Shown one piece after another: positions 36,454 to 48,685 of a DNA stretch of 64,000 nucleotides. This stretch comes from Macrostomum lignano (taxonomy: Eukaryota). Every line of letters begins with the position of its first letter. Within the stretch, counting starts at the first letter, position 1. The stretch spans positions 124,001-188,000 of the forward strand of contig NIVC01000322.1 of assembly GCA_002269645.1 (NCBI GenBank), in the 5' to 3' direction. Below the pieces are notes generated by a model. The model ran no database searches, was not told the DNA's origin, and worked only from the letters and a program-made list of their open reading frames with translations. The translations under genes and the position numbers were made by a program.

Positions 36454-37000
36454 ACTAGCAATCTAGTACCCCCCTTTGGGGTGCCAAATAAACAAGGAAC
36501 AAAAATTAATCCATCACAAAGCCCATTTTCCTAAGGATCAAGTTTTTCTTCAGTTTTGTAAATCATCTCATTCGAGTAAAATTGTTACGGACAAAGATAT
36601 TTGCTATGAATCTCTTGTTTTCTTAAAGTAACAACATGGCAACAAAATAAAGCCTTCACAAAGATAACAGGCATTCCCCCTGAATAGACAGCATTCCCAA
36701 GACAGCAAGCAACCCCCGAGATAGCAAGCATCCCCCAGATAGCAAGCATCGCCCAGATAGCAAGCATCCACCACACAGCAAGTACATGTAGCTAGTGCAG
36801 CTATTTCCTCTGCTAAAGCAATAATAGCTTTCTCAGGTAGTGCAATAGTCTCAGCTAGTTGCAATAGTCGTTTTTTCAGCCAGTGGAAAAAGCTCTTTTC
36901 ACATCTTGTGCAATAATCATTTACTCATCAAGATTTCTCTCATCAAGTGAATTAATCCTCGCCTCAGCTATAGTGCAATAAAGAATCCCCTTGTCGACTA
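36454..37000 (+). mobile_element. Head of a Helentron/DINE-1-like element with CCCCAGATAGCAAGCA remnant
   Basis: actagcaatctagtaccccctttgggg matches the heads at 13267 and 16601. It abuts a reverse-oriented tail at ~36385-36453. Confidence 0.5.
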
Positions 37001-37021
37001 TAAAAAGGCTCATGCTTGGGG

Positions 37022-37342
37022 AATCGCTATAGCCCAGTGCTCTAGCGCGGCTCTCATGTGCCAGCGGCCCAGGCTCGATTTCAAGTGCAATCACATTAGC
37101 GTGGGGCTAAATTGGAATCTCGGCTGGGGTCTGCTCCCCTTCCCAAGGCACAGTGAAGTGTTTCCTCACAGTGAAGTTAGGGCCGTTGCACACTCCTGTG
37201 TGAGTGTGTGCCCGTGTTTATGACTGCGTACGTATCCGCGCGCTTGTGTGCCTGCTCAGGGGAGTCTGCGGAATGGGCAGTAATGCCGACAATGTCGCTT
37301 AAAATGCACCAGGGTGCACACAGTCCTTGCTTCTAATAAAAG
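37022..37342 (+). mobile_element. tRNA-derived SINE, same family as 24633-24991
   Basis: Shares ccaggctcgatt..aagtgca.tcacatta..ggggct.aattggaatc, gttagggccg..cacactcctgtgtgagtgtg and ..ggtgcacaca..ctaataaaa. Confidence 0.8.
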
Positions 37343-38784
37343 ATGGGTTGCAAAACTTTTTATTGATAAAGCGATTTACTCGCACTAAATGACAAGGATC
37401 TTTAAAACTGCTTAGTGATTATACAATATTAGAGATAAAAATGACATTCTTGGTAGCTCAAAGCAGCTTCATAGCTTTATAGCTTGCGATAGCTGTACCA
37501 AGAAGAAATAATTCGCCTTTTCTACCTTGAAAAACGTGTGAAAAATTCCTGCAAAATCTTCGCAAATGAAATCACACTATTGCCATAAGCATGCAAACTT
37601 CGCAGGGCTTTCTAGAATTTAGAAAAGTCATTTTACAGAAGACGCATATCCAATATTAATTTTTTTATTCTCCACTGTTTGTCAATTTCCACACTCTAAA
37701 TTTACTTACTGGAAACTGATCTGGATACTGGAGTTGGTACCATTTTTTTTACAAATTTTTAGATAAATCTTTGCAACTTCCGTTAGAATCAGGTTCCATA
37801 TCCAAACCTAGGTTAGGCGAAATATTATTTGAGCAAAATTCAGACCCGGTTGTAAAACTCAAATAAGCAAGCTACATGTTGCAGCAACTTTACTTGTGAG
37901 AATTGGCATCCGGCACCGGGTTGGTGCGACATGCAAACATTGGTCTTGGCAACTGCAAAGCAAACTCTGATATTTAACACCGATCCAGACGGGGCTGACT
38001 AAAAATTTTCCTGCTTTGTTTTGTACAGGACATTCAATCGAATGTAATGTGTTGTGCGAATTCTTTTCAACAAATTTATTCAGGAAAATTAGATGCATTG
38101 ATTTGAGCAATCTTTGACTCGCGAAGCCACTTGGCGCGGCGGTGATGCGAACCGGCCTTAGCACGGATCACTTCTCAGAAATGATCCATGAGAAGAGTAA
38201 ATGAGTCAGAAATGAGTAAATTATGTTGCTTTGCGTTGTAGAAAAACTCCAAACTACGAAAGAATGATGACAAGTAACTTTCGATGAAAACTGTTTATGC
38301 TTCAGAGTATAACTGAGGCCGACTATTTTTAAGTAGCTCAAACAGATTTTAAATAAAAAACAAACTGCAGTTTCGTTTATTGCAGAGAAGGTTTGCTTAA
38401 AAATCGAAGTAAAAGCTTGGCTAATGAACAAGCTGCGAATTTCAAAAAACTTGATTTGATAAAACCAACAGACAGAGATCCACAGACACACTTACAATGG
38501 AGCTCTTTTAAACATCTCTGTTCCAGCAGTTATTGATTATTATTCGGCCCTTCTATTGCAATTTTTCTGACTACATTGCGTCAGTTTCCATTGAGAAATT
38601 TATAAAAAATCTGTGTACTATACGCAGACCGGATGTTTGAATTATTACATGTAGTTATATAATCAATTTTGGACACCTTCACACGGTTATTGACGGTCAC
38701 TTTGATAGCTTCAGAAATATAATTTTGTGATTAAATCTGTCCATCCGGTTCCTCTTGTCTGGCGGTGCCTGCAGTTTCCCATAA

Positions 38785-39531
38785 TCAGTTAAAAGGCGAC
38801 CGGCACTCGCACAGAACATTAGAAACAGCACCATTCGTGCCGCCAATATCCGTTAGATCCATGAAATTCAGGGATTTTACAATCGAATTTTCTCCGCCAC
38901 CGTTGTTATTCGGCTGGCCAGTGGCCCAAAAAGCGGGATCAACGTTGATGTTGCAGCCGACCCAGTACCAGCCGCCAGCCGGCTCCGCACTGCCTTCTGG
39001 CTGGCGGCCTCCGAGCCAGATCGATTGTCCAGAGCTGTAGTTCGAGTAGATGGAGTTCACGTGGTTCATCTCCTGCTCGCTGGTCACGTCGGCCATGATG
39101 ACCAGACCGCTCTCTGACTCGCACTTCTGTCTGCTCGGCCACCACGTCCCGATGCCAGAGTACAGCCTGTACTTCACTCCGCACAGGTCCATGCTGTAGC
39201 CAGACGGACACAGCGCGCCCGCCTCGAGTCCCGGCCGCTGCTTGACGAACACCCGGCCTCTCCTGGAGCAGCCGCAGCTCCTCACCGACTTGCTGCACTT
39301 ATCGAACACAAACAGCTGGCACGGACCGTCAGCCAGGCTGAACGCCTGACAGCGCTGGTTTTGGGCGCACAGAGCGGCGCACCCGACTTTGTTAAGTTCG
39401 CTTGAGTAGGTCTCAACAAACTCGCCGTTGATGCAGAGGCTGCCGTCAATGAGGGTGTACACCTGTTGGCTGGCAGTGGCGAGGCCGAGCGCAAGACTCA
39501 TCCACGCCACAATGTTCGATAGGTTGGTCAT
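38785..39531 (-). CDS. PAN/Apple + C-type lectin secreted protein, copy 6 (intact, 248 aa)
   Basis: MTNLSNIVAWMSLALGLATA..CAALCAQNQRCQ..WLGGRQP..QPNN..VLCECRSPFN*; open. Confidence 0.88.
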   Translation of the reverse strand: MTNLSNIVAWMSLALGLATASQQVYTLIDGSLCINGEFVETYSSELNKVGCAALCAQNQRCQAFSLADGPCQLFVFDKCSKSVRSCGCSRRGRVFVKQRPGLEAGALCPSGYSMDLCGVKYRLYSGIGTWWPSRQKCESESGLVIMADVTSEQEMNHVNSIYSNYSSGQSIWLGGRQPEGSAEPAGGWYWVGCNINVDPAFWATGQPNNNGGGENSIVKSLNFMDLTDIGGTNGAVSNVLCECRSPFN

Positions 39532-39840
39532 TTTTGCTTGTAGGCTGCTGGGTTTTTGTCAAAGTAATAAAAGAGAGACGATGAAGATCGCTTCTAACAT
39601 AAAATTTCCTATAACAAGCCGATTATATTTGCTATTTTTCTGACCAATCGTGTGCTTGCTTTTCGGGAAATTTTCATTGGTGGAAATGAAAATGGGGTGA
39701 ATGATAAACCATGTTTACTGTGTCTTGGCCCTAGCAAACCACGAGCAGCTAGTGCTGCGCAGGAAGATCCGGTGGTGCCGGTGTCCCAATTGGGTGCCCC
39801 TTCGTAGAGTCCGGGAGGTGGATGGTCGCTCGCCCGGTAG

Positions 39841-40137
39841 CCGCTGCTTGACAAACACCCGGCCTCTCCTGGAGCAGCCGCAGCTCCTTACCGACTTGCT
39901 GCACTTGTCGAACACGAACAGCTGGCACGAACCGTCAGCCAGGCTGAACGCCTGACAGCGCAGCTTCTCGGAGCACAGAGCGGCGCACCCAACGCTGCTG
40001 TCCTCGTGCTGGTAGGACTCAACAAACTCATCGTTAATGCAGAGACTGCCGTCAATGAGGCTGTACACCTTTTGGCTGGCAGTGGTGAGGCCGAGGACAA
40101 GACTCATCCACGCCACAGTGTTCGAAACGTTGATCAT
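39841..40137 (-). pseudogene. PAN-lectin copy 7, 5' half only
   Basis: MINVSNTVAWMSLVLGL..RGRVFVKQR is then fused to the upstream-flank sequence of copy 6 (cgctcgcccggtag|ccgctgc). The lectin domain is absent. Confidence 0.88.
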
Positions 40138-41089
40138 TTTTGATCGTAGCTGTCGGTAGCCTGCTGGGTTTTTTTAAATTTGTCAAAGTATTAACAAGAG
40201 ACGATGCAAATGGCTGTTAACACAAAAATTTCCATTTACTAACCGATAATATTTGCTTTTTCCTGACCAATCGTGGGCTAGCTTTTGCGGAAATTTTTCA
40301 TTGGTTTAAAAATTTTAATCCCCAGAGGTGAATGTCAAACCATGTTGACTGTGTCTTGGCCCTGGCAACCACGTGCAGCTAGTGCTGCGCAGGGATGTCC
40401 GTTGGTGCCGGTGTCCAGGAGGTGAATGGCTGCCCGCCCGGTAGCACTAAGGTATCGCAGACGAGCTGGCACAACTTCTCGGGCCTGAAAACGTCAAAAA
40501 AGGTCTGGGTTCGGGCCAGAGGAAGGTGAGCTTGTCCTGAGTAAAGGCGGAACATTCAGAGATGAAGTCAACACCGGAAAAATGCAGAATGGGCATCCTT
40601 CACTGCAGATTTTCCCATGGAGGCGTGACCTGAGACCTGAGAGGACCATTGCTACAGGGCCTTGATGTCCCTGCTGTTGAGCCCACGCAGGGCCCTGTGA
40701 AAAACGAGAGATCGAGGGTCAGAGATGACCCATAGAGGCACTGCTATTGTAGCATAATCACGAAAGACATTTTCGTGATTATCCATATCACAATCCTCAT
40801 GGTCCGTCATCTGAGAGGGTCAATGAAATGGCACTCATTTTGGCGCCAAAGGCACAAAATTCCGTGATCCTCCTTAAGTCAAGCATGCAGTGAATTCCCC
40901 TGCCAACACCCACAAGTTTTATCTGACGCTCTTGACCGAACGAACTCAGAGAAAAATGCCATCGTTGAACTGTAATTTGGCTCTCAAGGGAGTTTTAATT
41001 GAAGAGGGTGTCTTGGTGGGCGCCCCTGTCTCAATTTATGGGCGCCGTTGTTCCAATTCCCTCCGTAAGCCTTGACATCTCAGCAATTC

Positions 41090-41528
41090 GATCCCCCGAG
41101 CAAGCATTCCCCAGATAGCAAGCATTCCCCAGATAGCAAGCATTCCCCAGATAGCAAACATTCCCCAGATAGCAAGCATTCCCCAGATAGCAAGCATTCC
41201 CCAGATAGCAAGCATTCCCCAGATAGCAAGCATTCCCCAGATAGCAAGCATTCCACAGATAGCAAGCATTCCCCAGATAGCAAGCATTCCCCAGATAGCA
41301 AGCATTCCCCAGATAGCAAACATTCCCCAGATAGCAAGCATTCCCCAGATAGCAAGAATTCCCCAGATAGCAAGCATTCCCCAGATAGCAAGCATTCCCC
41401 AGAAAGCAAGCATTCCCTAGATAGTAAGCATTCCCAAGATATCAAGCATTCCCCAGATAGAAAACACCCCCTAGATAGCAAGCAAAAGCAAGCATTCCCC
41501 AGATATCAAGCATTCCCCAGATAGCAAG
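41090..41528. repeat. CATTCCCCAGATAGCAAG minisatellite, 18-bp unit; resumes at ~42475-42825
   Basis: Direct tandem repetition. Confidence 0.95.
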
Positions 41529-42474
41529 TGTGGTATCTGGCCTGTTGAGTGCTCTTGCACTTTTTGAGTTGTTTTGCGTGCGCCCTAGGCGGCCATACCC
41601 AGACCAGTTCTGGCTGGTTGGGGGAAGGGGGGGGGGCGCTCGGCCCAGCTTGATTCTTTCCCGGCGGCGGCCACTGATTGGCTGGGCTTGTGTTTTTGTG
41701 TTTTTCTTTTTGGCCCCCAGTCAATCAGATCTGCTCGGTGGGCACGCTGATTGGCTGAGGGGTCGTCTCTTTTGTTTGGCGTCTCTCTCTCGCGCTGTCT
41801 GCCCCTCTACCCTGTTAAGTGGTATATAGTGCTCAAGCCTGGCCCAGTCAGCTCCCCGCTCACCGTTCCGCGCCCCGTGCCTAACTCTTCAAACTAACCT
41901 AGCGATATTCAAGCGAGACGTAAAGACGGTCTCTTACTGCGAAGAATCTTAATTTTGCATGCGATACTCAAGCGAGCCGTGTCTATACGGTCTCTTACTG
42001 CGAGGACTCAATTGATTGGAAGCAAATAAAGCGGTCAAGTGGTGGCGATATTCGAACGAGCTCCACAGTTTCTGGCACCGGTAAGACCCCCGAGTTCATT
42101 CGCTTCTTTAGCTTTTCCGAGGCCTTGCCGTAGCAGTGGTTCCATAACTAGAGCGTCATCACGCCTGCGACTGTGATCACTGCAGCACAGCAGCGTTGTA
42201 TATTGTGTATTATTGTAGTACTGTACCGGTTACTTTATATAGTGTGTACAACCTACAGTATCGAAAATAGAAGCACTCGAGAGTGTCACCACACCTCGAG
42301 CCGCAGCGTGAACTCTGAGTGTCACAACACCAGAGGGATCGAACTATTATCGCAGAGCGTCGTCACGCCTGCTCGTATCCATAAAAGTACAGACAGAGCG
42401 TCACTACGCCTGTTATATTACATATAATATATTGTACTCGAGACTGGGCACCCAAACCGACCCGGGTCACGACA
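41529..42474. mobile_element. Solo LTR (~946 bp) inserted in the minisatellite
   Basis: Starts TG (tgtggtatc), ends CA (gtcacgaca), with 4-bp TSD CAAG on both sides. TATA-like gtatatag at ~41823. No coding sequence. Confidence 0.75.
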
Positions 42475-43789
42475 CAAGCATTCCCCATGATAGCAAGCAT
42501 TCCCCAGATAGCAAGTATCTCCCCGATAGCAAGCATCCCTAGATAGCAAGAACCGATCCCCCTCCCAGATAGCAAGCATTCCCCAGATAGCAAGCATCCC
42601 TAGATAGCAAGAACCGACCCCCAAAAAAAGCAAGCATTCCCCAGATAGCAAGCATCCCCAGATAGCAAGCACCCCATAGATAGCAAGCACCCCTCCACAA
42701 AAAAGCAAACATTCCCCATATAGCAAGCATTCCCCATATAGCAAGCATTCCCCAGATAGCAAGTATCTCCCCAGATAGCAAGCATCCCTGGATAGCAAGA
42801 ACCGACCCCCCTCCCAGATAGCAATCTAGTAGTAGTCTCTTAGTCATCGAATGTAATAATTTTATCATCTATGTGCGATAATCCTTTTGTCATCTAGTGC
42901 AGTAATGGTTTTCTCATGTATTGCATTAATCACTTTTTTCAGCCAGTGCAATAATCCATGTCTTAGCTAGAGATAAATAATTTAACTTTTAGTATGGCAT
43001 TGTATGCATTACTATTTTACTATTAGTAAAAATGAACTACAACTATTCGATCTTGTGCTCCTGGTTTTCATAAAAATCATTGGAAATCTATAATCCTACT
43101 TAGCAGTCTGTACAGCAACTTTTTAATTTTTTATATACAGTGCAATGAATGTTGGTATATTTATTATGCACTACTCAAAATAGTACAGAGTAGCGCATGA
43201 GAAAATACAAAAATCGCAAGTCCACAGCCGGTACGTCTAGCCTAGCGGGGGCCCACGGTGGATCCACTTGGCTAGCCAGGGATGTCAAGTTGCAGGGCCA
43301 GCCGTGCATTGAGTCCGACACACAAACTCAGGTCAGGACTGGGGTCTGAGGACCTGTCGACAGTGGCGTCTCAGTGGCCATCGACATGACAGCTTCATGA
43401 CATCGATATGGACGTTGGCCAGGGCCTGCGGCTACATCTGTGAAGAACGCGGTTGCGACGCCCAAGACCCGAAAAGAAGAACTGCAGCATGAGGACCGAA
43501 AAAACAATAACGGGACAGGTAGTCCATTTTAAGAAATCAAACAAAAAATATAGCCTGCTTATTATCCTGTTTTCAATACATATTAAAAACGAAACCTCTG
43601 TCTGTGTGTCTGGCTGTACATGGATTGCTATGGACTCCCAAACCGCACAATCAAATGACACCAAATTTTGCACCCATCGTAAACTCATTACAGAGAAGGC
43701 TTTAGGTTACCTTGGAATCTCCTAATTTTAACTCTTCCTACTTAAAAGTGCAAAAGACTGCTAGCAAAACACGATTTTTTTAACTCAAT

Positions 43790-44533
43790 CCTCCATAGCG
43801 TTGATCCACTTGCCCTTCACAGAAGCAGTATTCAACGAGGCATTGCTGCGCATTGAGGACAAATTTTAGAACTGACAGATCGTCCCTTAAACGTTTTTGG
43901 ACTTCCAGCACCTGGAAAAACATCAACAAGAGAATTTGAGTAGGAAGATGCTGCGAGAAACTAGCTTTGACCGCGAGCAGCTTCGTCAGTTCATTGAGGA
44001 AAATGAGCCCCGTCTACTACCTGAGCAGGCAGAGGCGTACCAAGAAGTACTGCAAAAAGTGAATAACAATGTAGAAGGAATACTTTTCCTGGATGCTCCA
44101 GGGGCGACAGAAGAAACTCTTCTGATTAACCTCCTTCTGTCAAAGGTTAGACACGGAGGCGATATTGCAGTTGCTGTCGCTTCCTCTGGAATCGCAGCCA
44201 TGCTACTTCAAGGTGGTTGCACTGCTCACTCAGAACTAAAATTGCCACTTGATCTGTCAAGACCTGACGCTAAAGGAACTGCGCAGCAACAACCAGCTCA
44301 TGGATGGTGTCACCCTGCTGCTCTATGGAGACTTTAGACAGACGTTGCTTGTAATTCCGCGCGGCACCCCAGCCCAAGATGAGATCAATGATTGCCTCAA
44401 ATCTTCTCATCTGTGGCCATCAGTTGAAAAGCTGCACTTGCGAACCAACGTCAAGGCTGCAGTTTATGGCGATGAAACGGCTCATCAATTTTCTATTAAT
44501 CTCTTGGAGGTCTGTCCTGTTGTGAATTTGTAA
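43790..44533 (+). pseudogene. Helitron helicase fragment, duplicate of 25080-25953 with an internal deletion
   Basis: ORFs 43897 and 44249 carry the same motifs; the DECTM segment is missing. Confidence 0.9.
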
Positions 44534-45479
44534 CTCAATGTACTTGCCCATACGGTAGCTCTCTCTCCCTCTGCCCACCCTCCCCGCCCTTCAATGCTAA
44601 CAACTTATTGTGAGCTATTTTCATAAAGTACTTAATTAATTTTGGGTGCCACTGCACTAGACCTAATCAATTGATGAATTATTATTGTAGTTGTTTAGCC
44701 TTTGTCTGCGATTTTCTCACCCCTGATTATTATTATCCCTCCCTTTCCGTGCCCTCTCATTGGCTGTCACTGTTATCTGCAATTCTTGTTTTCTACCCCT
44801 AGTCGCGTTCTGTGTGGCTGCAGCCAATCCCCGCTCGATCTCTCTGCCCACCCCGCCTTTTCTCTTACCCTGCAGCTTTTGCCCCACCCCATGTTGTACT
44901 GACATATTTATTGGTGTGCGCTCCTGTCCCCTCCCCCTCGCTGACCTTTTGATCGTTTCTCCTCTGGCTCCTTCGCCGCTCCGACCATAACCAATAAAAA
45001 CAATATACAATCGTGCTAGCAATCGTATACAAACATAGACGCTTTGAGCACCGAGTGAGCAACCTACGCCCCAGTAAGTATCGTTTTGCTTTTGTTATTT
45101 GGGCTCTAGTACCATTAGGTCATCGTCACCAGGGCCTGGGCGTTCGCTGCCACCCTGGTTGCCGGCCTTCTGCCCGCCGTTTGTGCGACAGTGGGTTGGC
45201 AAGCAGCAGGACTGGGGCTGAGTCTCCCTGCTCGTACAGAGCGCGAGACGAAGCTGGCTGGTCCGTCTCGGGATATCTTCTGTGCAGGAGCTCTCAGAGT
45301 ACAGAGTAGCGCATGGGAAAACACAAAAAATCGCAAGTCCACAGCCAGACCGGAAACAGGTGGCCGGAATCAACTTGGGGTCATCCCGTTTCTCTCACAT
45401 GGCCAACTTTATGTTGCATGCTCACGCGTTGAAATCTACAGCTAGCCTCTTCCTCTGCTCCCCGGGGGGGGGGGAATTT

Positions 45480-46885
45480 GGTGTATCTTCAAGCACTGCG
45501 ATAAGCATCTGTGAAAGTCATTACAACTGGACTACATTCACAGACTGCATGGACTATAATATAGAAATTTTTCTAAGTCCAAGTTTTTTACGAGCTACAT
45601 TTATCAGAAATACGAAGTTCCCTACTTTAATACGAGTAAATTTCTTGGTTACTAAGTTTTCAAACGTTCTTGACACAAGGGACCAACCCCAGAGCACGAA
45701 ACTCAAAGACATTGGTTGAACTATTTGTTGCGAACCTTCTGAAGCAAGCATCAAGTAACCTTCCCTCCAGACCAGAATAGAAATTTGGCTTTGATTTGCT
45801 AAGAAATTGGCAACTTCAATACTAAATATCATTTTATCACTCCTCACACATGTTCCCTATCCAATTTTGCATTGTCTAGCATATTTACTCTGCTTAGCTT
45901 CTCTATAGTACTTAGACACTATTGTTAATTTTTCCGATTTCTCGATGTTAGGAGTCTCATATTCTATTCTACGAGCTATTCTAGAAGTATACTTTTTAAA
46001 GCGAGTTTTCTCCAAGTTTTGTTTAAGTCTATTAACAAGTTCTTGTTTGAGTATGATTTTAGATTCGAGAATGTATGCAAAAATAGTTCCGGGGATCGGA
46101 ATTCTGCGGGTTTCAACGGCTTATAGACTTATAATGAAGAAAAGCCAAGGGAGGCAAGAGAGGCAAGGCTGGAGAAAACTTAAGCATGCACAAATAATGA
46201 GGCAGCCAAGACAATGGAATCCAGCAAACATGTAGGGACCTCCAGTGGAATGCAGCAACGTAGGAAAAATTTACAGTAGCCATTAACCATTTCAAAGTTA
46301 ATTGAAGCTCACCGGCGAGGCGGCTGACAGGGGAAGGTGGCTGCAGCCGGAGAATATTTGATGAGCCCAGCACAGGGGCCACTCTTGTGGAGGAGACCGA
46401 CGGCCAACCCCGAGGAACGTAGCAACCGAGGGATGGACGCGCGGACAAGAGGGCAGTGAAAGACTTCCCCCAAATACTCTAACTCAACCAGAGTAAATTG
46501 ATGAGTCTAACCGCCTCACCCTCGCCCCCTCCCCGTAGCAACTCGCGTGTTAAATGCTAATCCTATTGCAAGCGCTGTTTGTGAAAAACTTGCCGTCGCT
46601 AACCACGCGACATCCAACTCAAACCATCAACGGCAGGGGATGAAATTGGGGGTATTTTTGAGAATAGACGGGAGCTCAGCCCTAGGGGCACTTCTTTCTT
46701 CCTCGCTTTTAAGGAGCTTAATTCACAAACTGAAGTCCCATGCTCTATTTGAGTTAACGACAAAGATGAGACAAGGAATTGAGAATATAAAAAACCGCCA
46801 TCTCGGTTGTAAGCTCTCAAGAACACAGCAGAATCCACTAGAACTAGAAGATGGCATAACATTAGAAAAATAGAGTCTTGCATGA
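45480..46885 (-). mobile_element. Degraded LINE-like fragment, duplicate of 26900-28320
   Basis: Near-identical ORFs (45554/26927, 45945/27381, 46547/27982). Confidence 0.4.
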
Positions 46886-47942
46886 GCGATTCCCCCTATG
46901 AGTCCATTTCAGTAATTACCCATGAGCCTTGAATCTCAACAATTACCCATTATAAGCCTCATAAATTCCCGCCCGAGCCTTGACAGCAAAACAATTTACC
47001 CTGTGAGTCTCATGACATCTTAGCAATTTACAATGAGTCATTTATGTTGGACAGGGTGAAGTCAAGTCTCAGTTGCAATGCAGTCTTGTTCGAATGTAAT
47101 TTGTTGTTCGAATCGTTAATTTTTCGATAATTAAAATTAGATGCACTCATACATTCATTTGAGCAATCTTTGACCCGCGAAGCCACTTGGTGGGGTAATG
47201 CGAACCGGCCTTACACGGATAGCTTCTCAGAAATGATCCATCATCGAGTACACAGTGTTGCTTGGCGTTGTATAAAAACTCCAAACTACGAAAGAATGAT
47301 TACAAGTAGCTTTTGATGCAAACTGTTTGTGCATCAGACTATTACTGAGCTGAGGTCAACTATATTTAAGAAGATCAAACAGATTTTAAATTAAAACTGA
47401 CTGCAGTTTCGTTTATGGCAGAGATTTATTTAAAAATTGAAGTAGAAGCTTGTCTCATGAACAAGCTGCAGCATCAAGTTAATAGCTGGATTTTTAATTG
47501 TGGCTTCACGCTCGACAAGTGCCGAAGAAAACTGTATTGAATGCACGGTACTAGGGATTTGTGCTTTTAAAAAAGTAAATGTATGTATGAGCAAGGTAGT
47601 AGTATCTAGTGCGTCGTAATAAAATTCGTTAATAACTATAAAAAATTGATTTGATAAAACCAACAGACAGAGATCCACAGACACTACAATGGAGCCCTTT
47701 TAAACATCTGCCTTCCGGCAGCTATTGATTATTATTCGGCCCTTATATTAGAGTATTTTGAATACATTGCGTAAGGTTTGTTAATAATTTAACAAAAATC
47801 TGTGCACTGTAAGCAGACGGGATGTTTGAATTATGACATGCGGTTATATAAAAAATTTGGACGCTTACACACAGTTGTGACGAGCACTTTTGATTTGTCC
47901 ATCCGGTTCCTCTTACTTGGCGGTGCCTGCAGTGTCTCAGAA

Positions 47943-48685
47943 TCAGTTAAAAGGCGACAGGCACTCGCACAGAACATTCGGAACAGCACCGTATGTGTCG
48001 CTACTATCCGTGAGACCCATTTTATTGACTTGTCTCGCGATTACATTTTCTCCGCCACCGTTGTTATTCGGCTGGTCAGTGGCCCAAAAAGCGGGATCAA
48101 CGTTGATGTTGCAGCCGACCCAGTACCAGCCGCCCAGAGGCTCCGCACTACCTTCTGGCTGAAGTCCTCCGAGCCAGAAGTTCGAATTACTACCATTGGT
48201 GAAGATCCAGTCCACGTGGCTCATCTCTTGCTCGCTGGTCACGTCGGCCATGATGACCAGACCGCTCTCTGACTCGCACTTCTGCCTGCTCGGCAACCAC
48301 GTCCCGATGCCAGAGTACAGCCTGTACTTCACTCCGCACAGGTCCATGCCGTAGCCAGACGGACACAGCGCGCCCGCCTCGAGCCCCGGCCGCTGCTTGA
48401 CGAACACCCGGCCTCTCCTGGAGCAGCCGCAGCTCCTCACCGACTTGCTGCACTTGTCGAACACGAACAGCTGGCACGGATCCTTGGCAGGGTAAACGCC
48501 TGACAGCGCTGGTTTTGGGCGCACAGAGCGGCGCACCCGAATTTGTTGAGTGCGCTTGAGTAGGTCTCAACAAACTCATCGTTGATGCAGAGGCTGCCGT
48601 CAATGAGGCTGTACACCTGTTCGCTGGCTGTGGCGAGGCCGAGTACAAGACTCATCCAGGCCACAATATTCGATACGCTGGTCAT
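47943..48685 (-). pseudogene. PAN-lectin copy 8, full length with a net -1 frameshift
   Basis: ATG 48685 (MTSVSNIVAWMSLVLGL) to stop 47943 = 743 nt. ctggctgacggtccg of sister copies is ctgccaaggatccg here (~48478-48492). Confidence 0.85.
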
